Positions 49,878 to 59,789 are shown, counted from the first letter of the stretch. The stretch is DNA of 64,000 nucleotides from Candidatus Cybelea sp. (GCA_036726365.1 DAIMCN010000012.1:3730-67729), one strand, 5' to 3'. Notes: generated by a model from the sequence alone, not told the origin. A program made the numbers and translations.

Positions 49878-50748
49878 CCCTAATAGCGCCGCGCTGAATT
49901 CTCAGAGCGATCCCAGGCTTCATATAAAAGGTGCCGCTTCTGCCCTGCTCGAGCGCGCGCACTGCTGCCTCCACATGAGCGAAGTCGATGTCCCGTAGGT
50001 TGTCTTGTGCCCCCAGCTGCTCGCGAATCGAACGACGGAGTTGCGCGCGCTGAGTTGCATCGCGTTCCTCCGATACAAGCTCGGCGGCGCGCGCCACCGC
50101 GCGATCGAGCCCGGGAAAGAGCGGCCGCAATGTCGTCAGTGCTTCGCGCACCGCGTTACGGCGTAAGCCGCGTTGCGCATTCGTCGGATCCACGGCGTAC
50201 GGCAACGCTTTCGCATGACAGTACGCGCGCAGCGTTTCCGACGGAATGCCGACGACGGGGCGCGCAAGTTCGATCTCCGGCGCAAGGGGACGACGGGCCG
50301 GCATACCGCCCAAACCGCTCGGCCCAGCGCCGCGCAACAGCGCAAGCAGAACCGTTTCGCTTTGATCCTCGGCATGGTGCGCGGTTGCGATCACCCCGCA
50401 TCCTCGGCGCCGTGCCGCCGCAACGAGCGCGTCGTAACGGGCATTGCGCAGGCGCTGTTCGTCGCGCGCTCGGCTCTTCAATGCCAGCACCTCGAGCGGA
50501 ATCTCGTACTGGGCGGCGAGTTGCAGCACGACGCACTCGTCTTGCCAGGCCGATGCGCGCACTCCGTGATTAACGAATGCCGCAGACAACCTCAGCTGCA
50601 AGGGTTTTGCGACGGCGTGCAGCGCGGCGGCAAGGGCCACCGAATCCGGACCGCCGCTGCACGCGACGAGCACGTTCTCGCCGCGTTGCAGAATGCCGCC
50701 GTTCTGAATCGCTCGCTCGACGTCACGTTCGGGGTGGGCTCGCCTCAT
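49846..50748 (-). CDS. tilS: tRNA(Ile)-lysidine synthetase (short form)
   Basis: PP-loop VACSGGPDSVAL. 300 aa with no long C-terminal domain. ATGA overlap with the smpB stop. Confidence 0.85.
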   Translation of the reverse strand: MRRAHPERDVERAIQNGGILQRGENVLVACSGGPDSVALAAALHAVAKPLQLRLSAAFVNHGVRASAWQDECVVLQLAAQYEIPLEVLALKSRARDEQRLRNARYDALVAAARRRGCGVIATAHHAEDQSETVLLALLRGAGPSGLGGMPARRPLAPEIELARPVVGIPSETLRAYCHAKALPYAVDPTNAQRGLRRNAVREALTTLRPLFPGLDRAVARAAELVSEERDATQRAQLRRSIREQLGAQDNLRDIDFAHVEAAVRALEQGRSGTFYMKPGIALRIQRGAIRGVKKGDGAGS

Positions 50749-51197
50749 GAGCGCCGTACATGCCGAGCGATCTCGCGCTCGACGTCGCGTTTAGCAACGT
50801 CGGCGCGCTTATCCCAGAATTTCTTGCCGCGGGCGAGACCGAGTTGCACCTTTACCAAGCCGCGTGTGAAGTAGAGGCGCAGCGGAACGATCGTCAAGCC
50901 TTTTTCGGCGACGCGACTTTGCAGCCGGACGATTTCGTTCTTATGCAAGAGCAGCTTGCGCGGCCGCGTCGGTTCGGTATTCGAGTAGCTCCCCTGCTTA
51001 TAAGGCTGAATGTGCATTCCCATGAGCCACGCTTCCCCGTCGCGAAAACGCGCGTACGCTTCGCTCAGGCTCGTACCGCCGCTACGAACTGCCTTCACTT
51101 CCGTGCCGGTCAAGACCAAGCCGGCCTCCAGCGACTCGAGGATGTGAAATTCGTGACGCGCTCGGCGATTCTCGATCGCCGGGGAGTTCTTGGTCAT
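50745..51197 (-). CDS. smpB: SsrA-binding protein
   Basis: N.RARHEF.I....EAG..L.G.EVK pattern and C-terminal KK.DKR...KRD. 150 aa. Confidence 0.95.
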   Translation of the reverse strand: MTKNSPAIENRRARHEFHILESLEAGLVLTGTEVKAVRSGGTSLSEAYARFRDGEAWLMGMHIQPYKQGSYSNTEPTRPRKLLLHKNEIVRLQSRVAEKGLTIVPLRLYFTRGLVKVQLGLARGKKFWDKRADVAKRDVEREIARHVRRS

Positions 51198-51643
51198 GCT
51201 TGCAGGAGCGGATTGCGCCGGTCGTCGGCGGCGTCCAGTTTGCCGCGCGAGACGAAGCTACCCTCGGCGTGAGCGAGCACGTCGCCCGAACTATTTAGAA
51301 CGCTGGCATCCACGCCCAGTACGTTGCGCCGCTGCCACGTCACGCGCCCACGCACCTCGATCGGCTGTTCGAGCGGAACCGGCTTACGAAAGCGGACGCT
51401 AACCGACGCGGTAACTCCGCGGTGTCCCGCAAAGCCGGCGGCGTGCGCCATCGCTTCATCTAATAATGCCATCACGATTCCGCCGTGGGCGATTCCGCGC
51501 CAACCCTGGTACTCGGGCGCGAGCGTGAGCCGCGCCTGCACGCCTTCGGCATCGACCGCGCGACCGAAGTGCACGTGCATCCCAATCGGATTCGTTGGAC
51601 CGCACGCAAAGCAGTTTCCATCGTCAAACGGTACGTCGCTCAA
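51194..51643 (-). CDS. PaaI/hotdog-fold thioesterase
   Basis: CFACGPTNPIGMHVHF... and GIAHGGIVMALLDEAM are typical of the PaaI-type hotdog fold. Confidence 0.7.
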   Translation of the reverse strand: MSDVPFDDGNCFACGPTNPIGMHVHFGRAVDAEGVQARLTLAPEYQGWRGIAHGGIVMALLDEAMAHAAGFAGHRGVTASVSVRFRKPVPLEQPIEVRGRVTWQRRNVLGVDASVLNSSGDVLAHAEGSFVSRGKLDAADDRRNPLLQA

Positions 51644-51661
51644 CTAATCAACCCGCGCTCG

Positions 51662-52387
51662 CTAACGCCCGACGCTTAGCCGGTCGATGAGGTATCCCGG
51701 CAACTGCGCCGCGCGCATCTTGCGCTGGACCGCTTCGACCGGGTAGTCGTAACGGATCCACTTGACGCGCTCCTCGGCAGGATCGTAGAGCACCAATGAC
51801 GCCTGCGGATTCAGATCGCGTGGCTGGCCGACGCTGCCGACATCAATGATGTACCGCTTGCCCTTCTCCAACTTCAGCTCGCCGCCGTGCTGCATGTGCT
51901 TGTGTCCGACCTTGCCTTCCGCGTCCCGGACCCAGTATTCGGCGATGTGCGTGTGCCCGATGAAGACCATGCTCGCATCGGTGCGCTCGAAGGCCCGTGC
52001 CGCTCCATCCTTATCGAGAATGTATTCAAAGTAGTTCACTGGTGCGCCGTGGACGAGCAGGAAATCCGGAAAACGCAGCTCGTACGGCAGCAGGTTCAGC
52101 CACGCGCGGCTCGCATCGTCGAGTACGCCTTGCGTCCAGCCGATCGCGGCGCGCGCAGCGTGGTTGAAGTTTTCGACGCCGAAATTCTCGACGGCGGCCA
52201 AGTCGTGATTGCCCAAAACCGCGTGCCGAGCGCGTTTACGCAGCGTAGCGACGCATTCGTTGGGATTGGGTCCATAACCGACGACGTCGCCAAGCGACAC
52301 CACCACGTCGTCGGCGGTTAGCATGGAAAGCGCCCGCTCGAGCGACTCAAGATTTCCGTGCACGTCGGAAAGAATCGCGTATCGCAC
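51662..52387 (-). CDS. Metallophosphoesterase (calcineurin-like, YfcE/MPP family)
   Basis: GTG 52387 gives VRYAILSDVHGN. Also GDVVGYG, GNHD and GHTH motifs. The track N-terminal extension overlaps hisC. Confidence 0.8.
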   Translation of the reverse strand: MRYAILSDVHGNLESLERALSMLTADDVVVSLGDVVGYGPNPNECVATLRKRARHAVLGNHDLAAVENFGVENFNHAARAAIGWTQGVLDDASRAWLNLLPYELRFPDFLLVHGAPVNYFEYILDKDGAARAFERTDASMVFIGHTHIAEYWVRDAEGKVGHKHMQHGGELKLEKGKRYIIDVGSVGQPRDLNPQASLVLYDPAEERVKWIRYDYPVEAVQRKMRAAQLPGYLIDRLSVGR

Positions 52388-52388
52388 G

Positions 52389-53486
52389 TCAGACGTTGAC
52401 CTCGGCCAAAACGGAGCGAAGCGCAGCCTCAAAGGCTCGACGCATTGGAGCGGTACCGGCGCTGACACGCACGTACGTATCGAGCGGCGGCGCACCCGGC
52501 TTGCGTATCCACACCCCTCGCACCAGCAGCTCGTTCATGACTCGCGTCGCACGCTCGGCCGTCTGAAAGTCGATGCAGACGAAGTTCGTTCGCGACTCAA
52601 TATATCGGCGCCCCAACTCTCTCGCCAAACGATAATAGCCATCGCGCGCGTGCGCCGTCTCCGCGACGACGTGGCGACGAAACGACTCGTCCTGCAGCGA
52701 CGCCAGCGCGCCGATCTGCGCGTTTCGATTGATTCCGTAATGTAGGCGGATTTTCTGGAAGGTTGCCAGGTTGCGTTCCGTGCTCAGCCCATAACCGATG
52801 CGCGCTCCCGCCATGCCGTAGGCTTTCGAAAACGTGCGTAAGCGAATGAGGCGGTCCTCAAAGACCGGCGGCAGCAGTTCGGCTTCGTCGACGAAGTCGG
52901 CATAGGCCTCGTCGAGCAGCAACAGGCTATCCCGCGGCAACGCATCGTAAAAACGCGTCATCTCCTCGCGCGAGATAAAACGTCCGCTCGGATTGTCGGG
53001 ATTGGCGAGATAGACGGTGCGCGGCGCATCCCGGCGTGCGACTTGCAGCAACGCCTCCCAGTCCGGCGTCCCATCATTCCGATAGGCGGCGTAGACGGGC
53101 CGGCCGCCATATCCGACGACGTGGTAATCAAAGGTAGGGTAGGTACCGCGCGTCGAGAGCGCCGCGTCGCCCGGCGCGACGAAAGCGCGCACCGCCAAGC
53201 CCATAATATCGTCGATGCCGGCGCCAACGAGAATCTGTTCCGGCCGGCAGCGGTGCTTCTCAGCGAGAGCATCGCGTAAATCGAGCGATTCGGGATCACC
53301 ATACCAGGCCAAGCGCGAAAGCTGCGCGCTCATCGCCGCCACCGCCTTGGGCGACGGGCCGAACGCGCTTTCATTTGCGCCTAAGCGGACGAGTTCGCGC
53401 TGATGCGTTTCGCGCATCAACTGCTCGGGGCCGATGAAGGGCGTGGTCGCCGGTATAGCTTCAACGGCTCGGGTGGGACGAATCAA
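52389..53486 (-). CDS. hisC: Histidinol-phosphate aminotransferase
   Basis: Class II aminotransferase with the PLP-lysine motif TFSKAYGMAGARIGY and NPDNPSG. Confidence 0.85.
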   Translation of the reverse strand: MIRPTRAVEAIPATTPFIGPEQLMRETHQRELVRLGANESAFGPSPKAVAAMSAQLSRLAWYGDPESLDLRDALAEKHRCRPEQILVGAGIDDIMGLAVRAFVAPGDAALSTRGTYPTFDYHVVGYGGRPVYAAYRNDGTPDWEALLQVARRDAPRTVYLANPDNPSGRFISREEMTRFYDALPRDSLLLLDEAYADFVDEAELLPPVFEDRLIRLRTFSKAYGMAGARIGYGLSTERNLATFQKIRLHYGINRNAQIGALASLQDESFRRHVVAETAHARDGYYRLARELGRRYIESRTNFVCIDFQTAERATRVMNELLVRGVWIRKPGAPPLDTYVRVSAGTAPMRRAFEAALRSVLAEVNV

Positions 53487-54752
53487 TCAGCCTCCCAGAA
53501 AGCGGTGGACGGCGACGGGGGCGCCCGCCGGCCACTCCTCATCGCTCTCATCCATAATAATGAATCCATCGGCGCGCGCCGTCAGGCTTACCGAAAACGA
53601 GCGCAACGGAAGTGGATGCGCGAGAGGGGTTCCTCCATCATTTTCCAGCTCTACGGGAATGTACCACGTCCACCCCGGGCGGCTATGCGCGGGGGCGGTC
53701 AGGCGCGCCGTCAGGGTCGACCCGGCGACCGGCGCACCGGTCAAGGCCGCGACGATCGGCGCAGCCACCGCCTCCAGCATCATTAACGCCGATGTTGGAT
53801 TGCCCGGCAATCCGAGAATCGGCTTGCTGCCGTGGGCGCCAAAGAGCGTCGGTTTCCCGGGTTTCACTCGCAAGCCGTGGACGATGATGCCCGGCTTGGC
53901 GATCCGCACCACCGCGTCCGGCAAACGATCGCGTTCCCCGACGGAAGATCCGCCCGTTATTGCCACGCCGTCACACTCCGCAATCGCGGTCGCAAGCGCC
54001 GAAGCAAACTCTTCGCTTTCGTCGCGCAGGGTAGGATAGTGGCGCGCGTCCGCACCCATTGCGCGCAGCGACGCGGCAATCACGTAGCGATTTGAATCGC
54101 GAATCTGCCCCGGCGCCGGCCGCATATTGGGCTCGACCAGTTCGTCACCGGAGGAGAGTACCGCGAAGACCGGACGCCGATAGACCGGAATACTGACGAT
54201 GCCGAGCGTCGCGAGCACGCCGATGTCCGACGGCCGAATCCGACGCCGCGCATGCATTATCGCCTCACCGCAGCGCATGTCGGCGGAGCGCTCGACGACG
54301 TTCGCGCCCGCCTCAACGGGCGTCTCGATCGTAACGACGTCGCCTTCCATCCGCGCGTCTTCAATTGGAACGACGGCGTTCGCGCCGGCCGGTAAAACGC
54401 CGCCCGTGGGGATGCGGGTCGCCGACGTGCGAGTGATCGCGAGCTGCGAGCGGCCTCCCATCGGGACCTCCCCGATGATGCGGAACGAACCCGGTGCCCC
54501 TTCCGCAACCACTGCAAAGCCGTCCATCGCGGAGCGCGCGGCGTTCGGATAATCGTCGTCGGTAACAATCGTCTGCGCGAGCACGCGCCCCTGCGCGCTC
54601 TCGAGCGTGACGTATTCGACCTCGAGCGGCCCAAGTGCCACGCGCGCGAGAAATGCGGCAATCGCCCGACGCGGCGGCAGCAGCGCGTCAGGCGTAAATA
54701 CCCGCGCCGGTAGGACTGGATTTGCAGACTGCGTAATGGCGCGTTTCTCCAT
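53487..54752 (-). CDS. moeA: Molybdopterin molybdenumtransferase
   Basis: SAMDGFAV, GGVLPAGANAVV and ITGGSSVGERD motifs. The start is taken at ATG 54752 (MEKRAI...). The alternative ATG 54806 would overlap serS by 56 nt. Confidence 0.85.
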   Translation of the reverse strand: MEKRAITQSANPVLPARVFTPDALLPPRRAIAAFLARVALGPLEVEYVTLESAQGRVLAQTIVTDDDYPNAARSAMDGFAVVAEGAPGSFRIIGEVPMGGRSQLAITRTSATRIPTGGVLPAGANAVVPIEDARMEGDVVTIETPVEAGANVVERSADMRCGEAIMHARRRIRPSDIGVLATLGIVSIPVYRRPVFAVLSSGDELVEPNMRPAPGQIRDSNRYVIAASLRAMGADARHYPTLRDESEEFASALATAIAECDGVAITGGSSVGERDRLPDAVVRIAKPGIIVHGLRVKPGKPTLFGAHGSKPILGLPGNPTSALMMLEAVAAPIVAALTGAPVAGSTLTARLTAPAHSRPGWTWYIPVELENDGGTPLAHPLPLRSFSVSLTARADGFIIMDESDEEWPAGAPVAVHRFLGG

Positions 54753-56037
54753 GCTCGATATCGCTCTCGTTCGTCGCGATCCCGACCGCGTACGACGCGC
54801 TCTCATTCGTCGCGGACTGGACGCTGCGGTTGTGGACGAGCTTCTTCGCTACGACGAAGAGTACCGCTCCGCGCTTACCGCGGTCGAACGAGCAAAAGCT
54901 GAGAAGAATCGGCTCTCTGCCGCGATTGGGGAGGCGCCCGATAAAGCGGTAGCGGCACGCGAACTGCGCCCAAAGACCGAAGGGCTCTCTCGCGAGATTG
55001 AAGAGGCCGACGCTCGCGCTCAGGCCCTCGCGCCCACCGAAAAAGGTTCTCCGCTGCGCGAACTGCTGCAGAATCTGCCAAACCTGCTCGACGACTCCGT
55101 TCCCGACGGCGCCGATGCAGCATCCAACGTCGAGCTGCGCCGATGGGGAGAACCGCGCCGTTTCGACTTCGTCGCGAAACCGCACTGGGAGCTGGGAGAG
55201 CGCCTCGGCATTCTGGACTTTGCGCGTGCTGCCAAACTCTCGGGAAGCCGGTTTTCGGTGCTTACGGGCGCGGGCGCGCGATTGGCGCGGGCGCTCGAAG
55301 CGTTCTTTCTCGATCGCGCAGCCGCACGAGGGTACGTGGAAGTCGCGCCGCCCTTGCTAGTTTCGCCCGAAACGATGTGGTCGACCGGTCAGCTGAATAA
55401 ATTCGCCGACGCGATGTTCGAAGATCCGCAAGCCCGGCTTTTTATGATTCCCACCGCGGAGGTTCCGCTGACGGCGCTGCACTCGGACGAAATTCTCGAG
55501 GGCGCCGGGCTACCAAAAAAATATGCCGCCGGTACGCCGTGTTTTCGGAAAGAAGCCGGCGCAGCGGGTAAGGATACACGGGGATTGATGCGACAGCATC
55601 AATTCGAAAAGGTCGAGCTTGTCTGGCTTAGCCATCCGGAAACGTCGTTCGAGGCGCTCGAGAGTTTGACCGGCGATGCGGAATCGCTATTGCGCGAATT
55701 GGAGCTGCCCTATCGCATCGTCGCGCTGTGCGCCGGAGATATGGGCTTCAACGCCGCCAAGACCTATGACATTGAAGCGTGGATCCCCAGTAGCGACTCG
55801 TACCGGGAGGTCAGCTCGTGTTCGAATTGCACGGATTTCCAGGCCCGCCGTGCGGCGATCCGTTTCCGTCGCGACGCAAAAAGCAAGCCTGAGCTCGTGC
55901 ATACGCTCAATGGTTCTGGCTTGCCGGTCGGTCGCACGCTCATCGCGATTCTCGAGAACTATCAGCAAGCCGACGGCTCGATTCGGCTGCCGCAAGCGCT
56001 TCAGCCGTATACGGGATTTTCGGAAATTCGCAGCTAA
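54751..56037 (+). CDS. serS: Seryl-tRNA synthetase
   Basis: ATG 54751 gives MLDIALVRRDPDRV. Class II motifs FRKEAG.AGKDTRGL.R.HQF.KVE and TLNGSGL.VGRT. Confidence 0.95.
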   Translation: MLDIALVRRDPDRVRRALIRRGLDAAVVDELLRYDEEYRSALTAVERAKAEKNRLSAAIGEAPDKAVAARELRPKTEGLSREIEEADARAQALAPTEKGSPLRELLQNLPNLLDDSVPDGADAASNVELRRWGEPRRFDFVAKPHWELGERLGILDFARAAKLSGSRFSVLTGAGARLARALEAFFLDRAAARGYVEVAPPLLVSPETMWSTGQLNKFADAMFEDPQARLFMIPTAEVPLTALHSDEILEGAGLPKKYAAGTPCFRKEAGAAGKDTRGLMRQHQFEKVELVWLSHPETSFEALESLTGDAESLLRELELPYRIVALCAGDMGFNAAKTYDIEAWIPSSDSYREVSSCSNCTDFQARRAAIRFRRDAKSKPELVHTLNGSGLPVGRTLIAILENYQQADGSIRLPQALQPYTGFSEIRS

Positions 56038-56051
56038 CGCGGTGGCGCGTT
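56036..56051. terminator. Short hairpin between convergent serS and CRP-family gene
   Basis: AACGCG-GTGG-CGCGTT, a 6-bp stem that includes both stop codons, with no U-tract. Weak. Confidence 0.25.
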
Positions 56052-56997
56052 AGGAGACGTCTTGAATGAGCTCCAACAGTACTTCGCGGTCGAGGTAACG
56101 GATGTGTCCGTGCTCGCGCCGCAGCGCCTTGCGCGACTCCAGCTCGGCGATCGCTCGTGCGGCCACTTCCTTGACGGTCCCGCCGGCTGCGGCGATTTGC
56201 GACTGCGTAATCGTCGACAGCGACGCGGCGGCCGGCACGAGGCCGCGCTCCGGCATCGCGTACGGAAGTAAGACCCGCGCGATTCGACCCAAAATCGGCA
56301 GCGATCCCTGAACGCTTAGCGCGTCCGCCAAAAGACGAACGCGTTGCGCCATGACGATGCCAAGCGCATTGGTCGTTTCCGGGTAACGCGCGGCGACCCG
56401 CGAAACAACGTCCCACGGCACCTTGAGGACCCGGGCCGTCTTCGAAAAGACCGATATGCGTGCCATCTTAAGCCCACGATCAAAATATTCAGCAACGCCG
56501 AAGAGCTCGTACGGGAAAATCTCGTATAAAATTCGCTCGCGCTCACGCCCGCCGCCGTTGGCGCGCGCGACGATTCCCTCGGTCACCATACCGATGAAAG
56601 GCCAGTCGATGTTCTCGGCCACCAGCGTTTGTCCGCGGCGACCAGTCTGCCAGACCGCGTTCGCCGCGAGTTCTTCCCGTACGCCGGTGTCGAGCGCTGC
56701 GAAGGGCGGGCACCGGGAGAGATGCTGTGCGTTAGAGTTGCGATCGGTGACTTCCCCGGAACGGTGCGTCAAACGCAGCTGCCAAACTCGGTTCGCGACG
56801 CGACGCGTTTCGACGACGAATCGATCCGGCCGGTCCTGCGTAACGCGCGACGATAGCGCGCGCGGTTCGTTCTCTGTTATAAGAGTGAGGGAGCCGCCCG
56901 ATGGAAGACGGTCTAGGGCTTTGCGGATCAGGTCGGGCCGTTCCCACGTCGGCATACCCCGCAAGTCTATTTCGGCAGGTTGTACCACTCCCGTCAC
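56050..56997 (-). CDS. DUF2249-like domain fused to CRP/FNR-family transcription regulator
   Basis: The N-terminal ~80 aa IDLRGMPTWERPDLIRKALDRLPSGGSLTLITENEPRALSSRV...WQLRLTHR match the DUF2249 pattern. A cNMP-binding-like beta-barrel follows, then a C-terminal HTH (ITQSQIAAAGGTVKEVAARAIAELE). Confidence 0.7.
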   Translation of the reverse strand: MTGVVQPAEIDLRGMPTWERPDLIRKALDRLPSGGSLTLITENEPRALSSRVTQDRPDRFVVETRRVANRVWQLRLTHRSGEVTDRNSNAQHLSRCPPFAALDTGVREELAANAVWQTGRRGQTLVAENIDWPFIGMVTEGIVARANGGGRERERILYEIFPYELFGVAEYFDRGLKMARISVFSKTARVLKVPWDVVSRVAARYPETTNALGIVMAQRVRLLADALSVQGSLPILGRIARVLLPYAMPERGLVPAAASLSTITQSQIAAAGGTVKEVAARAIAELESRKALRREHGHIRYLDREVLLELIQDVS

Positions 56998-57054
56998 GTT
57001 CTCGCCAAGCCGAGCGCTCTACTCCCTGAGAAAGGTCAATCGAGAGGAGTTAGC

Positions 57055-57570
57055 ATGGTACGGTCTCTGGTTCTGCGCTTCGTTAGCTGCATTGCGCTCG
57101 TATGCCTGGCATCGCTCGCGCTGCCCGTCACGGCATCGGCCCAAGCGACGGATTTGCATTTTACGACGGCCATCCGGTCGGTGTACGGGTCTCCGTACCC
57201 CATCACCGGACGGCTCGATATCCAAACTTTTCCGGCGGGGAACCTGCGCGGGTACTATCACACGTCGTACTATAAGCTCTTCATCCCAGTTGTGGGTGGA
57301 CGCGATGGCAACTATATCTGGTTCGATATCGGCCCTTCCAGCGTGGATCTCGGCCTTGGCGCCGGGCCGGAAGGAAAGCTCCACGTTGTCGGGACGATGA
57401 ACGCCGACGGCTCGTTCAGCGGCCAGGTTTATCCCGAAACGGCCGCCGCTCTCGCGGGCATTTCGATGCAAAACGGATTCGCGAGCCCCGCACCCAACGC
57501 CGGGCAGAGCGACCAGTATGTTCTCACGGGAACGCCGACGACCGAGATCGAGCCCACACCGCAGCCCTGA
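57055..57570 (+). CDS. Secreted hypothetical protein
   Basis: ATG 57055 is preceded by GAGAGGAG. Signal peptide MVRSLVLRFVSCIALVCLASLALPVTASA. No recognisable family. Confidence 0.6.
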   Translation: MVRSLVLRFVSCIALVCLASLALPVTASAQATDLHFTTAIRSVYGSPYPITGRLDIQTFPAGNLRGYYHTSYYKLFIPVVGGRDGNYIWFDIGPSSVDLGLGAGPEGKLHVVGTMNADGSFSGQVYPETAAALAGISMQNGFASPAPNAGQSDQYVLTGTPTTEIEPTPQP

Positions 57571-57573
57571 GCA

Positions 57574-58107
57574 CTAACTCGTACGATTCGCCGCACTCGT
57601 AACGGCCTTCCAGACGCGCAGCGGCGCCGACGGAAGGCCGTCCATATGTTTGAGAAAGAGCGTTAGCTGCCATAGCTGCCGGTCGTTGAGCGCCCTTCCG
57701 AAGGCCGGCATCCCAGTGAAACGAATCCCGTGGTCGACTTTCCAGTACGTCACGCCTTCCGGATCGTCTTCGACACCGTCCTTCGTTAGCTGCGGCGGAG
57801 TCTGATAGAGGCCTCGCGCGACGTTCGAGGGCTTGCCATTCGCCACCCCATGACAGACGGCGCAGTTAGCGGCGTAGAGCCGAATGCCGGCGATCAAGTT
57901 CTCGTCAGTCGCCGCAATCGGCGGCGGAGCCTTGGACGCCTCGCGCGCCAAGGTCGCTCGCAGTGACGTGCGGGCTGCCCAGCGTTCGAGCGCAGATGGC
58001 TTTCCGTCGGCATTAGCCGGCATCATCCCGGCCTTGATTCCAAGATAAACGCCGAGTGCGAGAACGACCAGCGTTGCGACTACTCCGAGAACGACTCCGC
58101 GCGCCAT
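57574..58107 (-). CDS. Membrane-anchored mono-haem c-type cytochrome
   Basis: N-terminal TM VVLGVVATLVVLALGVYLGI, haem motif CAVCHG, and a distal GMPAF Met region. Confidence 0.8.
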   Translation of the reverse strand: MARGVVLGVVATLVVLALGVYLGIKAGMMPANADGKPSALERWAARTSLRATLAREASKAPPPIAATDENLIAGIRLYAANCAVCHGVANGKPSNVARGLYQTPPQLTKDGVEDDPEGVTYWKVDHGIRFTGMPAFGRALNDRQLWQLTLFLKHMDGLPSAPLRVWKAVTSAANRTS

Positions 58108-58163
58108 CGGGCGCTCTTCGACGCGACCCCAGGATTGACCGTCGGCGCGGTGTAGAGCCGTGC

Positions 58164-58571
58164 ATGAGCGTGAAAGTGTACGGCATCAACCACATTGCCA
58201 TCGAAGTCAGCGACGTCGCTAAAGCCGTCAAGTTCTATCAAGACGTTTTTAATTTGGAGAAACTTGACGAAGGCGAAGGCGATGCCTTTTTCAAGGTTGG
58301 CGAACATCAATTTCTCGCGATGTTCGAAGCCGCCAACGTTACGCCGAATCGTACCCGACACTTCGGATTGATCGTGCGAGATGATTCGCAGCTCGCCGAA
58401 GTTCGCGACAAGCTAACGACGCGGTACGGAATTAAGCTGATACCGCCGTTCCGATGCGATTTTATCGATCCGTTCGGGAATCGCGTGCAGGTCGTGGACC
58501 TGCACGACGAGTCACTGATCTGGCTTCTACCCTATCGAGAGGTTCAAGACACCGGCATCACGTTTGAATGA
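58164..58571 (+). CDS. Glyoxalase/VOC-family protein
   Basis: ATG 58164 gives MSVKVYGINHIAIEVSDVAKAVKFYQDVF, typical of a VOC N-terminus. The track N-terminal extension overlaps the cytochrome gene. Confidence 0.75.
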   Translation: MSVKVYGINHIAIEVSDVAKAVKFYQDVFNLEKLDEGEGDAFFKVGEHQFLAMFEAANVTPNRTRHFGLIVRDDSQLAEVRDKLTTRYGIKLIPPFRCDFIDPFGNRVQVVDLHDESLIWLLPYREVQDTGITFE

Positions 58572-59789
58572 CTATGCCGCACCGCGTTCTTCGACGTGCT
58601 CAGGCCGCAGGCCAAGACCGACGAGACGTCCGGGGATGCGGGGCAGAAACGGAAGCCAGCGCACCAGTGCCGGCAGCCGGCGCAAGAGTGGGGCCCGTTT
58701 GCCGGCGAGCACTTTCCCAATGACTTTGCTTTGGATGAAAAGCTGCAGCGACTGCGTGAGGCGCGCTGCACCTTCGCGTCGCCGCTGAACGGCACGGAGA
58801 TCCTGCACCGTAACCCCCCCGCGCAAAAGTTTGCTGCCCAGCATGTTGGCGGCCGCAACGGCATCTTGGATCGCCAAGTTGATTCCCACGCCGCCGATCG
58901 GCGACATCGCGTGCGCGGCATCGCCGATGCAGAGGAGCCCAGGGCGGTACCACTGGCGCAAACGATTCACGCGGACGGTCAACAGCTTCACGTCGTCCCA
59001 CCGTTGGATTTCGGCGGCGCGATCGCGCAGAAACGGTACGATCGCGCCGATCTCGCCACGAAAGGCCTCCAGTCCGCGCTCGCGTAGTTCGTCGAGCGAG
59101 CCCTTCGGAATCACAAACGCACACTGCCAGTAGACGCCCCGGTCGATCAGCGCCATCATTCGCCCGTCGCGGATGTACCCGAACGTTTCGTGGGGATCGT
59201 CGCCATGTTTCGTCAACCGCAACCATAGCACGTCCATCGGTGCGCCGAGCTCCATGGGATCGAGCACGGCGAGCTGGCGCACGATAGATTCCCGTCCGTC
59301 GGCGGCGATTGTCAGCTCGGCTCGTATTTCCACCGTTCCGCTCGGCGACTCGGCGCGTACGCCGACGATGCGGTCGTTTTCCCAGAGCAACTCGTCCGCG
59401 CGCGTCTGCATGCGCAGGTCGAATGCCGGATAGCGCCGCGCTTCTTCGGCGAGAAAGCTCAGAAAATCCCACTGCGGCATGAACGCCACAAACTTACAGC
59501 GCGTCGGAAGATGCGTGAAATCGGCGACCGTTACGAGCGTGTCACCGACGTTGCCAGCCAACGTCGTGACCTCTTGGTGCGGACGCTGCAGGAACTTTTC
59601 GAGCAAGCCGAGCTCGGCCATGATCTCGAGCGTGGACGGATGAATCGTGTCGCCGCGGAAATCGCGCAAGAAGTCGCCGTGCTTTTCCAATAAGACGACT
59701 GAGACGCCGGCGCGGGCCAGCAGCAAGGCGGCCATCATGCCGGCCGGACCGCTGCCGACGATGCAGCAGCTAGTGTTGACCTGATTCAC
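58572..59789 (-). CDS. FAD-dependent monooxygenase (UbiH/PHBH-type)
   Basis: GTG start. Dinucleotide motif CCIVGSGPAGMMAALLLARAG, plus GDAAHAMSPIGGVGINLAIQDA. Confidence 0.85.
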   Translation of the reverse strand: MNQVNTSCCIVGSGPAGMMAALLLARAGVSVVLLEKHGDFLRDFRGDTIHPSTLEIMAELGLLEKFLQRPHQEVTTLAGNVGDTLVTVADFTHLPTRCKFVAFMPQWDFLSFLAEEARRYPAFDLRMQTRADELLWENDRIVGVRAESPSGTVEIRAELTIAADGRESIVRQLAVLDPMELGAPMDVLWLRLTKHGDDPHETFGYIRDGRMMALIDRGVYWQCAFVIPKGSLDELRERGLEAFRGEIGAIVPFLRDRAAEIQRWDDVKLLTVRVNRLRQWYRPGLLCIGDAAHAMSPIGGVGINLAIQDAVAAANMLGSKLLRGGVTVQDLRAVQRRREGAARLTQSLQLFIQSKVIGKVLAGKRAPLLRRLPALVRWLPFLPRIPGRLVGLGLRPEHVEERGAA

